From a virus, in IMG/VR virus record IMGVR_UViG_3300012944_000025, positions 1 through 64,000 of that record: a stretch of DNA of 64,000 nt; one strand, 5' to 3'. The notes beneath the pieces were generated by a model, which did no database searches, was not told the origin of the DNA, and worked only from the letters and a program-made list of their open reading frames with translations. Made by a program: the position numbers and the translations under genes. The first letter of the stretch is position 1; every line of letters begins with the position of its first letter. Shown one piece after another: positions 8,413 to 16,709 of the stretch.

Positions 8413-8635
8413 GGCGGACCTCCCAAACGATGCAGGTCATGCAGGTCAAATCTTTCTTGGTCCACGTCACGTTGGCCAGGGGCCATGTTCCCGAAGCGTG
8501 GCTCCAGCGGGCTTCAAATCCGCATCGTGCAGCGCACAGATTCATTGAGTTTGCATAGCTGAACACGTGATGCACGACGTCTTGAGCGTCGACCGCATTG
8601 TTCCAGCTGTTGGGCTTGAGCACGGTGATGGCCAT
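8399..8635 (-). CDS. DCMxC zinc-finger family protein
   Basis: DVVHH...ARCG...LTCMTCIV. Confidence 0.8.
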   Translation of the reverse strand: MAITVLKPNSWNNAVDAQDVVHHVFSYANSMNLCAARCGFEARWSHASGTWPLANVTWTKKDLTCMTCIVWEVRHAAD

Positions 8636-8639
8636 CGAG

Positions 8640-9083
8640 CTACGCGGCGGCACGGCGGGCCTCCGCCACGAGGCACGACATGCAGTCGACGGGATTGTTG
8701 CGGTCCCCTTCGATGTCCTCAACTATGACCTCGCACAAGGTGAGCCAGCCGTCGAGGTAATTCCAGTCCTGGGGCTTCCCGTCGGCGTCGACGAAGGCCT
8801 CGTCGTCGAGCAGATGCCCGACCCCGTCGGGGCCTCGCCAGCAGCGGACGTTCCGCCGCACGGTGAGCGCGATGCACGTCATGCAGTCCATCGGCTCGTC
8901 GAGGTCCGGGACGCCGTGCTCGAGGTTGGCGCCGCAGGTCGTCGCCCATTCGGACGGAGTTGCTTCGCAACCACCACCCGAATAGGTGTCGTCGTCGAAT
9001 CGGTGGCCGACGCCGTCCGGCGTGCGCCAGCACAGGACGTCGTGTCCGCCTTGGGGGTCATCGTCGTTGCGGGAGTCGTCCAC
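8640..9083 (-). CDS. Tandem two-domain DCMxC zinc-finger protein
   Basis: CWRTPDGVGH...TTCG...MDCMTCIA followed by CWRGPDGVGH...TLCE...VDCMSCLV. Confidence 0.85.
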   Translation of the reverse strand: MDDSRNDDDPQGGHDVLCWRTPDGVGHRFDDDTYSGGGCEATPSEWATTCGANLEHGVPDLDEPMDCMTCIALTVRRNVRCWRGPDGVGHLLDDEAFVDADGKPQDWNYLDGWLTLCEVIVEDIEGDRNNPVDCMSCLVAEARRAAA

Positions 9084-9675
9084 GGCTTTTTCTTTCCTGC
9101 GCGCGTTGCGCCTTGGTGATCGCAGCTCGGCAGTCTGGGCAGTTCGGCGGCTTTTTGACGACCTCGATCCCCATCATGAATCCCGCGCCGCATGGCGCAT
9201 GGCGTTCGAACCTCAGCATGTCGGGTCGTAGCGCATGTCGGATGCCGTCCGGGCCCTGCAGGCTTATGGTCTGGGGCATGGAGTCCGGCTTGCCGCCGCA
9301 GGGTACGCAGTTCGGTGGGTTCCCGCTGCCGTACGCCGTACGAAGGCTCGCGCCGCACACCGCTCGCCAGGGGTTGTTTTGGCTGAGCACGTGACGGTCT
9401 CCGCCCTTGGTCCACCAGCTTGGCGTGGCACGGTTTGGAGTCTTTCGGGGCATCAGGCGCGTCCGCCTGGCTACGCGGATGATGCAGGTCATGCAGTCGA
9501 CCGCATCGAACCGCGCGCGGGTTGCCACGGTCAGCGAGGCGCCGCAGGTCGCCGTTCGTGTGGTCGGATGGTAGGAGTTCACCCGACGCGTGCAGATGTG
9601 ATGCGTGACCCCGAAGGGATCGCGCCAGCCGTTCTCGCGAGGCTTACGCATCCCGACGAATTTCTCCGCAACCAA
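9058..9675 (-). CDS. Three-domain His/Cys zinc-finger protein (one DCMxC, two PPNCxxC)
   Basis: GVTHH..ATCG..VDCMTCII; GDRHV..AVCG..PPNCVPC; GIRHA..APCG..PPNCPDC; may be two genes. Confidence 0.75.
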   Translation of the reverse strand: MVAEKFVGMRKPRENGWRDPFGVTHHICTRRVNSYHPTTRTATCGASLTVATRARFDAVDCMTCIIRVARRTRLMPRKTPNRATPSWWTKGGDRHVLSQNNPWRAVCGASLRTAYGSGNPPNCVPCGGKPDSMPQTISLQGPDGIRHALRPDMLRFERHAPCGAGFMMGIEVVKKPPNCPDCRAAITKAQRAQERKSRGRLPQRR

Positions 9676-9703
9676 GTTTGGTTAACTTCATCGAAGCTTC
9701 CTT

Positions 9704-9720
9704 AGTTTACCGCGTAATCA
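9704..9720. promoter_or_regulatory. 17-bp palindromic operator-like site
   Basis: AGTTTA-CCGCG-TAATCA in an AT-rich gap. Confidence 0.5.
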
Positions 9721-9915
9721 TTCGCGGGCCGCGGTCACGACGCATGTCATGCACGTCGCGGGGAGCCTGCGCAGCCGATGGTAAGTCAGGTAGAGCGCTA
9801 TCCCGCACCAGGTTGTTCCCGAGCGCGTCACCTTGTCGGCCCAGCGCTCGTACTCGCGGAGCCCGTGGGTCATTCCGCCGTGGTCGACCCAGACGAGGTC
9901 CTTGCGGCCCTTCAC
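9718..9915 (-). CDS. DCMxC zinc-finger family protein
   Basis: GMTHG...TWCG...ATCMTCVV. Confidence 0.8.
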   Translation of the reverse strand: MKGRKDLVWVDHGGMTHGLREYERWADKVTRSGTTWCGIALYLTYHRLRRLPATCMTCVVTAARE

Positions 9916-10124
9916 GGCTTCCTCAGCATCAGGCACGCCATGCAGGTGACGTCCGTCCCCTCGGGGAGGTACTCGTAGTCGCCGGGCGCGAAGGCCTCTC
10001 CTAGTTTCGCACACGTCAGGGCTACCCACCCGTTGTCGAACCGAACCCAGCCGTGCGCGATCTTGGGGTCGAATCGACGATTCCTGACGACCACGGGCCT
10101 GTCGTCCCTGACCGCGGGCGTCAT
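9912..10124 (-). CDS. DCMxC zinc-finger family protein
   Basis: KIAHG...LTCA...VTCMACLM. Confidence 0.8.
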   Translation of the reverse strand: MTPAVRDDRPVVVRNRRFDPKIAHGWVRFDNGWVALTCAKLGEAFAPGDYEYLPEGTDVTCMACLMLRKP

Positions 10125-10333
10125 CGGGCCACGCGAACCAGGCAGGTCATGCAGTCGGGGTCGACCGTGTCCGAGATGGTCGACCCGTGCACGGCGTACT
10201 CGTGGCCGCACGCGGACTTGATGACGAAGACCCTTGGGCGCGCGTCCCTGACGTGCGACTCGATCAGGAAGGCGTCCTCTTGCGCGGCAAGGTGCCGCAC
10301 GCCGTTGCTGCCAGGAAACGTCGGCAGGGTCAT
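10121..10333 (-). CDS. DCMxC zinc-finger family protein
   Basis: GVRHL...SACG...PDCMTCLV. Confidence 0.8.
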   Translation of the reverse strand: MTLPTFPGSNGVRHLAAQEDAFLIESHVRDARPRVFVIKSACGHEYAVHGSTISDTVDPDCMTCLVRVAR

Positions 10334-10539
10334 CGGTCCTTGACTAGGCACACCATGCAGCTCACGTCCCCGCGCTTCCGTAGGCTGATCTTGGGTATCA
10401 CGTTGTACCGCAGGTCGCAGGCGGTCAGGATGTCGGCGCCGCCGACGTTCCGGTTCTCGGCGCCATGCTTCACGCGATGCATGACGTTGCGGCCGTCCTT
10501 GAACCTCAGGCCTTGAAATGTCTCCTTGCCGGTGATCAC
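10330..10539 (-). CDS. DCMxC zinc-finger family protein
   Basis: NVMHR...TACD...VSCMVCLV. Confidence 0.8.
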   Translation of the reverse strand: MITGKETFQGLRFKDGRNVMHRVKHGAENRNVGGADILTACDLRYNVIPKISLRKRGDVSCMVCLVKDR

Positions 10540-10690
10540 AGCATCCTCGCGGCCTCGAGGTGCTGAATTGCCATCTCCACCTGTTTCATGCGGCGCAGTT
10601 CCTTACCTCGAAGCGGCTTGGTCTTGAGGCCCCGGTACAGCCGGTCGACCATCGCGTACGCGACGTCGAGGCGCTCCTTGTCGATGTCCT

Positions 10691-10957
10691 TCACGGATTG
10701 TTTCCCTTTCGCGCCGCGTCCTCGGCGGCTTCTCGCTCCTTGCGTCTCCACACACTCTCCAACTCCCGTGTCGAAAGCGGCACCAGGATCAGTGAGCATG
10801 GCTGCGGCAAGGTCTGCGTCGCGGTGCCCTCCTCGTTGGCTGGCACCGCGATGTACGAGTGATGCGTGTCGTTCGTCGACACACGGTAGACAGCGATCCA
10901 ACGCGCGCCGTGGGCCTCGACCATGATGGGCATGCCGAAGCGTTCCATGTCGAACAT
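10691..10957 (-). CDS. Hypothetical protein
   Basis: 88-aa ORF in the coupled run. Confidence 0.55.
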   Translation of the reverse strand: MFDMERFGMPIMVEAHGARWIAVYRVSTNDTHHSYIAVPANEEGTATQTLPQPCSLILVPLSTRELESVWRRKEREAAEDAARKGNNP

Positions 10958-11162
10958 TACAGGGTTTTCTCCAATTCCTTGATGAGCAGCCGCAGCTCGT
11001 CCACGACGTCAGGCGCGTCGGCGTCGCATCCCTCGTAGACCAGCGCCTGGATCTTGTCCATGAACCGCCGGCCGCGCTCGATGGCCTTGCGCCGCGTGCG
11101 GTAGGTCGCGGTGGTCTTCTTGAGCCATGGACCCTCGGATGCGATGACTTCGCGCTGAAGCT

Positions 11163-11483
11163 TCATGTAATGAACCACAGCACGCCCTCGGCGACCAAGC
11201 CCACGGTCTCCGGCGACGCCGCGCGGCGGACGTGGGTGCGCAGCAGGTTGGGATCCGTCGGGTGGTCGACGTACTCGCAGATGAGCCACCCACCGAACTC
11301 GAAGTCGAGCCGCTTCCACATCTTGTTGGGGAACGCTCCGGTCGGGTTGGACGTCGAGTACTCGAGCAGCCATGCCAGCCGCTCGTTCTCAATGACCGTG
11401 ACCGCGCCGAGCGTGGGCAGCTCGATCTTCTTGTAGACGAAGGTCCCATCGGGGCTTCTTGCGTATCGTTGTTCCATTGTCAT
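11163..11483 (-). CDS. Hypothetical protein
   Basis: MTMEQRY...LLEYSTSNPTG...WKR; AAGGAG upstream. Confidence 0.65.
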   Translation of the reverse strand: MTMEQRYARSPDGTFVYKKIELPTLGAVTVIENERLAWLLEYSTSNPTGAFPNKMWKRLDFEFGGWLICEYVDHPTDPNLLRTHVRRAASPETVGLVAEGVLWFIT

Positions 11484-11662
11484 TTCTCCTTGACCAGGCA
11501 GGTCATGCAGTCGGTCGGCTCCGACGACGTCTTCGCGCCGATGGGTCCGTACAAGCCGCACCAGGTCACCGCATTCCATCGGCGGCTGCAGGTCCCTGGT
11601 TGCAAGTAACCCTCCCGAGCAACCATCGCGTGCGTCACGCCGTTGCCGTCGGTCCACGTCAT
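11480..11662 (-). CDS. DCMxC zinc-finger family protein
   Basis: MTWTDGNGVTHA...TWCG...TDCMTCLV. Confidence 0.85.
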   Translation of the reverse strand: MTWTDGNGVTHAMVAREGYLQPGTCSRRWNAVTWCGLYGPIGAKTSSEPTDCMTCLVKEK

Positions 11663-12012
11663 CGCACGAGCTTCTGCTTGTACAGCCACTCCGATCCGAG
11701 CGCGTTGCGCAGTTGGCGAAGCTCGGGCCTGCAGTCTCCCCGGTCCCACTCCTTCTTGAGCCACATGCGCCAGTGGCAGCCGTGCCGCGAGCGCCAGTCG
11801 CGCAGGGCGGTCAGCTGATCGACCGAGATGATGAACGCGTAGGGTGTATTTTCAAATACGTCATCGCCCCACAGACCCATTGCCCACAGGCGCGCATCCT
11901 TCCACGTCGCGAACCTCTTCGCGGCCTCGACCGAGTTCGTGGTCTCGGGCGCACGCTGGCCCACGGGCTCATCGAGCACCAGATGCTCGCGCCACGCGAT
12001 CACCCAGCGCAT
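11659..12012 (-). CDS. Hypothetical protein
   Basis: 117-aa Trp-rich ORF in the coupled run. Confidence 0.6.
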   Translation of the reverse strand: MRWVIAWREHLVLDEPVGQRAPETTNSVEAAKRFATWKDARLWAMGLWGDDVFENTPYAFIISVDQLTALRDWRSRHGCHWRMWLKKEWDRGDCRPELRQLRNALGSEWLYKQKLVR

Positions 12013-12230
12013 AACCTATTCAACCCGACGAGACATCCCATGCAATCGACCTTAGAAAGCCTTCGCTTGCTGGTGTTCCGCCACGGCACGTCCGTCTCCG
12101 CGTGGCACAGCGTAATAACGTGCCCGATCACCGGGCAGTTGGGTGTCGCTCGACACTCTTCACAGAACGCGCGCACCGCGTGCGTGATCCCGTGGAACTT
12201 CAATAGCCGGATTTCGCCTATAATGTTCAT
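12000..12230 (-). CDS. DCMxC zinc-finger family protein (RLLK-HG subfamily)
   Basis: RLLKFHGITHAV...TLCH...DVPW...VDCMGCLV. Confidence 0.8.
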   Translation of the reverse strand: MNIIGEIRLLKFHGITHAVRAFCEECRATPNCPVIGHVITLCHAETDVPWRNTSKRRLSKVDCMGCLVGLNRLCAG

Positions 12231-12487
12231 AATTTGCTCAGGCGAACCTGGCACCCCATGCAGTTGACCTGGGTCTCCCGGAATCGTTTCGTGTGCTGCC
12301 ATGGCAGATTCGTCCTCCATCGACACAGGGTCTCGGTGATCCTGATCGGGTTGTTCACGTCCATGAAGTCAGGCACTGTTCGCCAGACGGCGTGCGTGAC
12401 CCCGCCGTGCTTCATCAGGCGCATGATGGCGACGCCTCTCTCGAGCACGAGCGGAGAGCCGTTCACGTAGGTTATGGACGTGACCAC
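12227..12487 (-). CDS. DCMxC zinc-finger family protein (RLLK-HG subfamily)
   Basis: RLMKHGGVTHAV...TLCR...NLPW...VNCMGCQV. Confidence 0.8.
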   Translation of the reverse strand: MVTSITYVNGSPLVLERGVAIMRLMKHGGVTHAVWRTVPDFMDVNNPIRITETLCRWRTNLPWQHTKRFRETQVNCMGCQVRLSKL

Positions 12488-12490
12488 GGC

Positions 12491-12772
12491 CTACAACCGT
12501 CCCATCGCGACGAGGCAGCCTATGCAGTCGATCCTTGAGGGTTTGAATCGACTCGTACGGGACCACGGGACGTCGGACTCCCCTCGGCATGCCGTCACCG
12601 TCTTGGCTGCCGCCTCGGGCACCGGCGGACAGCACGCGACTACGTGAGTGACGCCGTGGTCCTTCAGCAGGCGAAGGGGAATCCGCTGGCCGCGGAGGAT
12701 GACCGCGTCGCCCGCGAGGTATCGGTTCTTGGCTAATCCGTGAGACTGGCTGCGCGGTGGCAGCGGTCTCAT
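12491..12772 (-). CDS. DCMxC zinc-finger family protein (RLLK-HG subfamily)
   Basis: RLLKDHGVTHVV...TACR...DVPW...IDCIGCLV. Confidence 0.8.
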   Translation of the reverse strand: MRPLPPRSQSHGLAKNRYLAGDAVILRGQRIPLRLLKDHGVTHVVACCPPVPEAAAKTVTACRGESDVPWSRTSRFKPSRIDCIGCLVAMGRL

Positions 12773-13107
12773 GCCCACGGCGAGACCACAACGGGCGACG
12801 GGGTGGGCTGCCGTGGATCGCCGATCGACACCTCGACCCAGACCTCGCGCAGGTAGAGGCGCTCCCTCGCCGGCGCGCCGGGTTTCGCATCGTCGTACTC
12901 GACGCGCTTCTCGAACACCCAGCCGGCCTGCTCTCGGCCTCCGCCGGGCTTGTCGCGCCACATCGAGCGCACGCGGCCGAACTCCTTGGTCATGCTCTTG
13001 AGCAAGGGTCGAAGCTCGTTGTCGGCGAACTTGGTCTCGAACCAGCCGACCTCGCTGTAGCGGATCCCCTTGGTCATGTTGACGTAGTTCTCTTTGATCC
13101 AGAGCAT
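12769..13107 (-). CDS. Hypothetical protein
   Basis: 112-aa ORF, GGAGG upstream. Confidence 0.65.
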   Translation of the reverse strand: MLWIKENYVNMTKGIRYSEVGWFETKFADNELRPLLKSMTKEFGRVRSMWRDKPGGGREQAGWVFEKRVEYDDAKPGAPARERLYLREVWVEVSIGDPRQPTPSPVVVSPWA

Positions 13108-13367
13108 CAGGTCTCCTCCTTCCAGTCTCGCATCGCAACGAGACGCGCCATGCAGTCGATGTCGACGTCCCCTGCGTGCTCCCGTTCGTGCAGCATGTGC
13201 GGCCCGTCGGGTCGGTTGGTCACGCGATGCCAGAAACGCAGCGACGAGCTGGAGTCTTCGTAGGTCAGCTGGTATTGCCTGAACTCAATGCCGCACGCGG
13301 TTCTCGCAACAGAGAATTCGACGTGTGAGAAGGCGTGGACGATGCCCTCGCCCACCAGCCGCCTCAC
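13107..13367 (-). CDS. DCMxC family protein lacking the last Cys (IDCMARLV)
   Basis: GIVHA...TACG...IDCMARLV; codon CGT is one change from TGT. Confidence 0.75.
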   Translation of the reverse strand: MRRLVGEGIVHAFSHVEFSVARTACGIEFRQYQLTYEDSSSSLRFWHRVTNRPDGPHMLHEREHAGDVDIDCMARLVAMRDWKEET

Positions 13368-13606
13368 GTCGAGTCTCGGACGATGCAGGTCATGCAGCTG
13401 ACGTCGGCGACGTGCCCAAGCACGATCATCTTGCGAGTCCCGCCATACGGAGCTTCAGCCGCGATCAGCAAGCCTTCCGAGGTGTAGCGCTGCCACTGGT
13501 TCTTGGGCGTCGCGAACTCGTAGCCGCAGTGGGTCTGTCCGATCCACTCGCCGTACGTCCAGTTCGCCGAGTGAACCACACCAGAAGCCTCCGTCAGCCG
13601 CAGCAA
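13364..13606 (-). CDS. DCMxC zinc-finger family protein
   Basis: GVVHS...THCG...VSCMTCIV; start approximate. Confidence 0.75.
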   Translation of the reverse strand: MLRLTEASGVVHSANWTYGEWIGQTHCGYEFATPKNQWQRYTSEGLLIAAEAPYGGTRKMIVLGHVADVSCMTCIVRDST

Positions 13607-14103
13607 GCCGCCGCCTCCGCTTCCAGCTCGACCGCGGCCTGGACCAGCTCGCGGGTCTCCTGAGGGACCTTGGCCCACTGCGCAGGCGTCAGGTTTGCGG
13701 TGTCGGCCAGGAGGGAGCCGAGCCACTGCTGCAGCTCCTTGGTCCATGCCCTCCAGTCGACCCCGGCGCCAACCGGCTGAGCTTTGCGGTCCTTCTCGTT
13801 CAGCATCTCGACGGAGGTCTTCGGTGCTGACGACCAGTCTTGAGGGGTCACGACAGCCGCCAGCCGCCAGCCACGGCCTCCGATGTACTTGACGGTTCCG
13901 GCCCGCTTCAGTCGCGTCATCACGCGGCCCACCATGATGTAAGCCCGCGTCTTGGACAGACCTCTCACCTTGGCCGTGTTAACGACGTGGTCGACGATGT
14001 CCTGAAGCTTGACGTTCGTGCCCTTCGGTGCGGCAGCCAACTTCTTCAGGGCGTGCTCTTCGACCATCTTGTTGACGTATTGATTCACGTTCTTCTTGCT
14101 CAT
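13594..14103 (-). CDS. Putative winged-helix DNA-binding protein
   Basis: LQDIVDHV...VGRVMTRLKRAGTVKYIGGRGWRL resembles a wHTH recognition helix and wing. Confidence 0.5.
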   Translation of the reverse strand: MSKKNVNQYVNKMVEEHALKKLAAAPKGTNVKLQDIVDHVVNTAKVRGLSKTRAYIMVGRVMTRLKRAGTVKYIGGRGWRLAAVVTPQDWSSAPKTSVEMLNEKDRKAQPVGAGVDWRAWTKELQQWLGSLLADTANLTPAQWAKVPQETRELVQAAVELEAEAAACCG

Positions 14104-14390
14104 CAGCTTGGGTCCTTCCACGTTGGTCTCGCCGCGTACGTCAGGCACGACATGCAGTTGACGTCCACGCCGGGCGTCCGCTTCCACGGCAGGTTGTCAT
14201 CCATCGTCCAGCACAGGCGGTACAGCTCCTCGTAGCCTGCCTGGTTCCTCGTAACCGCCATCCAGTGGATCATGCCGTCCACGCCCTCGTACCCCGCGGC
14301 GGTGAAGCCGAGCAGCTGGGTGTCGAGCCGGCTCCACCACTTGTTGACCTCGTCGTCGGTCGCGGGGACATCGACCTCGTCGAAGCTCAC
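14103..14390 (-). CDS. DCMxC zinc-finger family protein
   Basis: GMIHW...RLCW...VNCMSCLT. Confidence 0.8.
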   Translation of the reverse strand: MSFDEVDVPATDDEVNKWWSRLDTQLLGFTAAGYEGVDGMIHWMAVTRNQAGYEELYRLCWTMDDNLPWKRTPGVDVNCMSCLTYAARPTWKDPS

Positions 14391-14697
14391 TGCTTCGCCG
14401 CGCCGGTCCCTCGAACCAGACCGGTTTGAACTCTCGCCTCGCGCTGCGCGACCAGACCCTCGAGGGTGCGCATGGTCGTGCGCAGGATCTGGCCTTCGGT
14501 CTCCCCGACAAGCTCGCACAGGATGATGTGCATCTGGTCGAGGATCATGCCGTCCCGAACTAGGGCATCGCGAGGGTTGTTGGTCGGAACCGCAGCGCGG
14601 GCGCGGGCCAGGGACTCGACCATGGCGTTCAGCAGCACGCTGCGAAGCTCTGTCCATGTCGCACGCTGGACCTTCTCGCTCTCGAAGTTGATGTCGC

Positions 14698-14916
14698 TCA
14701 CGATTCCCTCGAATTCCGGGCTTCGGCGACCAGGCACGCCATGCAGTCGACGTCCTTGCCGGAGCCCTCGGTGAACATTTTCATGATCGCGTCGAGCGTT
14801 CGCTCGAACACGATGAGCCCGCAGGCCATTCCTGCGGTACCATCCCCGGAACTTAGACCCGCGCAGTGTGTAATTCCGTCGACGAGGAGCGTCACACGCT
14901 TATCGATCGCGCTCAC
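14698..14916 (-). CDS. DCMxC zinc-finger family protein
   Basis: GITHC...MACG...VDCMACLV. Confidence 0.85.
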   Translation of the reverse strand: MSAIDKRVTLLVDGITHCAGLSSGDGTAGMACGLIVFERTLDAIMKMFTEGSGKDVDCMACLVAEARNSRES

Positions 14917-15137
14917 GACGCCCGCCGGACCCGGCAGGTCATGCAGTTGACCTCGAACCCGGGCGTCACCACCGGACGTTCTCCGTCGCTGTCAGGGTCG
15001 CCGTCGCCGTACTTCATGCCCGCGTAGGTCCAGGACCCAAACTTTAGACCACAGGCCGTGTCGAGGCGGAACGCGCTCCCGCCCCAAAGAGACTCTGGCT
15101 GGCCGTGCGAGATGCCGTCGGAAGTCACGATGATCAC
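14913..15137 (-). CDS. DCMxC zinc-finger family protein
   Basis: GISHG...TACG...VNCMTCRV. Confidence 0.85.
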   Translation of the reverse strand: MIIVTSDGISHGQPESLWGGSAFRLDTACGLKFGSWTYAGMKYGDGDPDSDGERPVVTPGFEVNCMTCRVRRAS

Positions 15138-15146
15138 GCCGACTCC

Positions 15147-15407
15147 TTACCTGCCATACAGGAACTCCTTGGGCATCCCAAGCGCGGCTGCCATTCTTTC
15201 CTCGATGGACGGCCGGTTGGCACGTACCAGGCATGTCATGCAGTCGACGTCGTATCCCAATCCCGTGTTCCGAGAGCCCGGCGGATAGGGGATGCTGATG
15301 CCGCACAACGTCCAGGACGGAGCGACGTCGTTCACGAGGTGAACCACCAGACCGTCGTAGCTCTTCCAAGCCTCTAGGTCACGCGCGCTCATCGAGGTCC
15401 TGATCAT
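15147..15407 (-). CDS. DCMxC zinc-finger family protein
   Basis: LVVHL...TLCG...VDCMTCLV. Confidence 0.85.
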   Translation of the reverse strand: MIRTSMSARDLEAWKSYDGLVVHLVNDVAPSWTLCGISIPYPPGSRNTGLGYDVDCMTCLVRANRPSIEERMAAALGMPKEFLYGR

Positions 15408-15615
15408 ACCGCTCGTGGTTGACCAGGCACGCCATGCAGTTGACGTCCGCCTCGGTCTCGTAGGCGCCTTCGGCCTCGACCCACACTCCGCACGCGGCCA
15501 CGACTATCTGCTCGCCCTCGTCGTTCTCCGCGTCGCCCAGCCAGCACGCGTGCGTCAGCGGACAGGGTGGCCACAGCCGCATGTCGATGGCCTGGCCTCG
15601 CGCGATCGGGGTCAT
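15379..15615 (-). CDS. DCMxC zinc-finger family protein
   Basis: PLTHA...AACG...VNCMACLV. Confidence 0.85.
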   Translation of the reverse strand: MTPIARGQAIDMRLWPPCPLTHACWLGDAENDEGEQIVVAACGVWVEAEGAYETEADVNCMACLVNHERYDQDLDERA

Positions 15616-15806
15616 TGGCGGGCCTCGTGAACGAGGCAGGTCATGCAATCAATCACCGCGTCGTCCGAGGCGTACTCGGCCGTACGACGCCAGTCAACGC
15701 CGCACGCCGTGAAGCTCGCAAAGCCGCCGGTGGTCATCTGCGTGACGACGTGAACCATGCCGTCGCGGGTGCGAACCGGCTGGCCTCTTCCGCCAATCAG
15801 GTACAT
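15612..15806 (-). CDS. DCMxC zinc-finger family protein
   Basis: GMVHV...TACG...IDCMTCLV; AGGAG upstream. Confidence 0.85.
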   Translation of the reverse strand: MYLIGGRGQPVRTRDGMVHVVTQMTTGGFASFTACGVDWRRTAEYASDDAVIDCMTCLVHEARQ

Positions 15807-16024
15807 GTGATTCTCCTAGTTTTGCAGGAATCTCTCCAGCACGCGCGCGAGCCACGCGCGAATGACAGGCGGCGTCAGCTCGACGGTGACGTCTCGCTCC
15901 TTGCTGGTGGCGAACCCGGCCGTTGAATCCCCGTGGGTAGAAAGCCAGATGCGCCACCCCGCGTGCTCGCCGACGATCACGTCGGCCTCCCTGTGCCACG
16001 TTCGACAGCCCAGATACGCCGCGA

Positions 16025-16288
16025 TCAAGCTGTCCCGCTCTCCGGCGGTGACCCTTCGGTGCATGCCTCATCATAGGTCGGAAGCTTGACAAGGCAGGAC
16101 ATGCAGTCGACGAGGGCCTCGGTCTCGGCCTCAGCCATGCGGCGGGACCAGTACGAGGAGATCATGAGCGGATTGCCCCGTCGCACGGTCCAGAAGCGGA
16201 TGTCGCAGGCTGTGCACCCCGCGAGTTCGTGACTGGGCTCGAGTACCACCGCGTGGGTGACCCCATGAAAATCTTCGACCGCGTTCAT
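16025..16288 (-). CDS. DCMxC zinc-finger family protein
   Basis: GVTHA...TACD...VDCMSCLV. Confidence 0.85.
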   Translation of the reverse strand: MNAVEDFHGVTHAVVLEPSHELAGCTACDIRFWTVRRGNPLMISSYWSRRMAEAETEALVDCMSCLVKLPTYDEACTEGSPPESGTA

Positions 16289-16512
16289 TGCCGGGCCTCG
16301 CGAACCAAGCACGTCATGCAGTCGACCTGCATGTCGACCTCGTCCATTGGAACCGTCCCTGACCACGAGCAGGAATCGGGACCTCGCACGCCGTAGTAGA
16401 AGTTCTTCACGCACAGGGTCTGGCCTGGAAGCCCACCCTCGCGCGTGGAGAACGTTGTGGGCGGGGTCCGGGCCCGATGTGTGATGCCGAGCAGGTCTTT
16501 TACGGCTGCCAC
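16285..16512 (-). CDS. DCMxC zinc-finger family protein
   Basis: GITHR...TLCV...VDCMTCLV. Confidence 0.8.
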   Translation of the reverse strand: MAAVKDLLGITHRARTPPTTFSTREGGLPGQTLCVKNFYYGVRGPDSCSWSGTVPMDEVDMQVDCMTCLVREARQ

Positions 16513-16709
16513 GTTCTTGCCTTCGCCACAAGGCACGACATGCAGTCGACCGCTGGCACGCCCGCTATGCCCATGCCGATTTCGTAGATCTCCGCCAGCC
16601 CGCAAGGCTGCCCGCAGCTCGCGATTACGCTGCTGTTCATCCACTGGAGGGCCGTGTGCGTGATACCGTTCAGTGTGGCCCGGACGACGTTGTAGCCTCG
16701 CGTCGTCAC
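16500..16709 (-). CDS. DCMxC zinc-finger family protein
   Basis: GITHT...ASCG...VDCMSCLV. Confidence 0.85.
   Translation of the reverse strand: MTTRGYNVVRATLNGITHTALQWMNSSVIASCGQPCGLAEIYEIGMGIAGVPAVDCMSCLVAKARTWQP

Larger units (their letters stand above)
167..16550 (-). repeat. Dense array of ~46 copies of a ~24-bp coding repeat (GTCGACTGCATGACSTGCCTGGTC = VDCMTCLV), essentially one per small gene
   Basis: + strand form CAGGCASGTCATGCAGTCGAC seen near 167, 857, 1623, 1851, 2049, 2251, 2557, 2771, 3013, 3235, 3464, 4116, 4289, 4516, 4794, 5091, 5377, 5733, 6256, 6780, 7342, 7638, 7826, 8426, 8667, 8868, 9478, 9736, 9927, 10136, 10342, 11492, 12027, 12245, 12509, 13137, 13379, 14139, 14728, 14928, 15225, 15421, 15630, 16088, 16303, 16527; all in the same orientation. 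Confidence 0.95.

Noticed and set aside
167-16550. CRISPR array interpretation of the ~24-bp repeat
   Set aside because: Spacing is about 140 to over 1000 bp and irregular, repeats vary at synonymous positions and stay in frame with upstream or downstream His/Cys, and no cas genes are seen.
167-16550. c-type cytochrome heme-binding motifs
   Set aside because: CxxC is followed by L/I/V rather than His, and the proteins lack signal peptides.
59-16663. Plus-strand and alternate-frame ORFs repeating RHAVD, QVMQST or RLHDLPG
   Set aside because: These are shadow translations of the same DCMxC motif; only the Cys frame has coherent His/Cys partners and coupled starts and stops.
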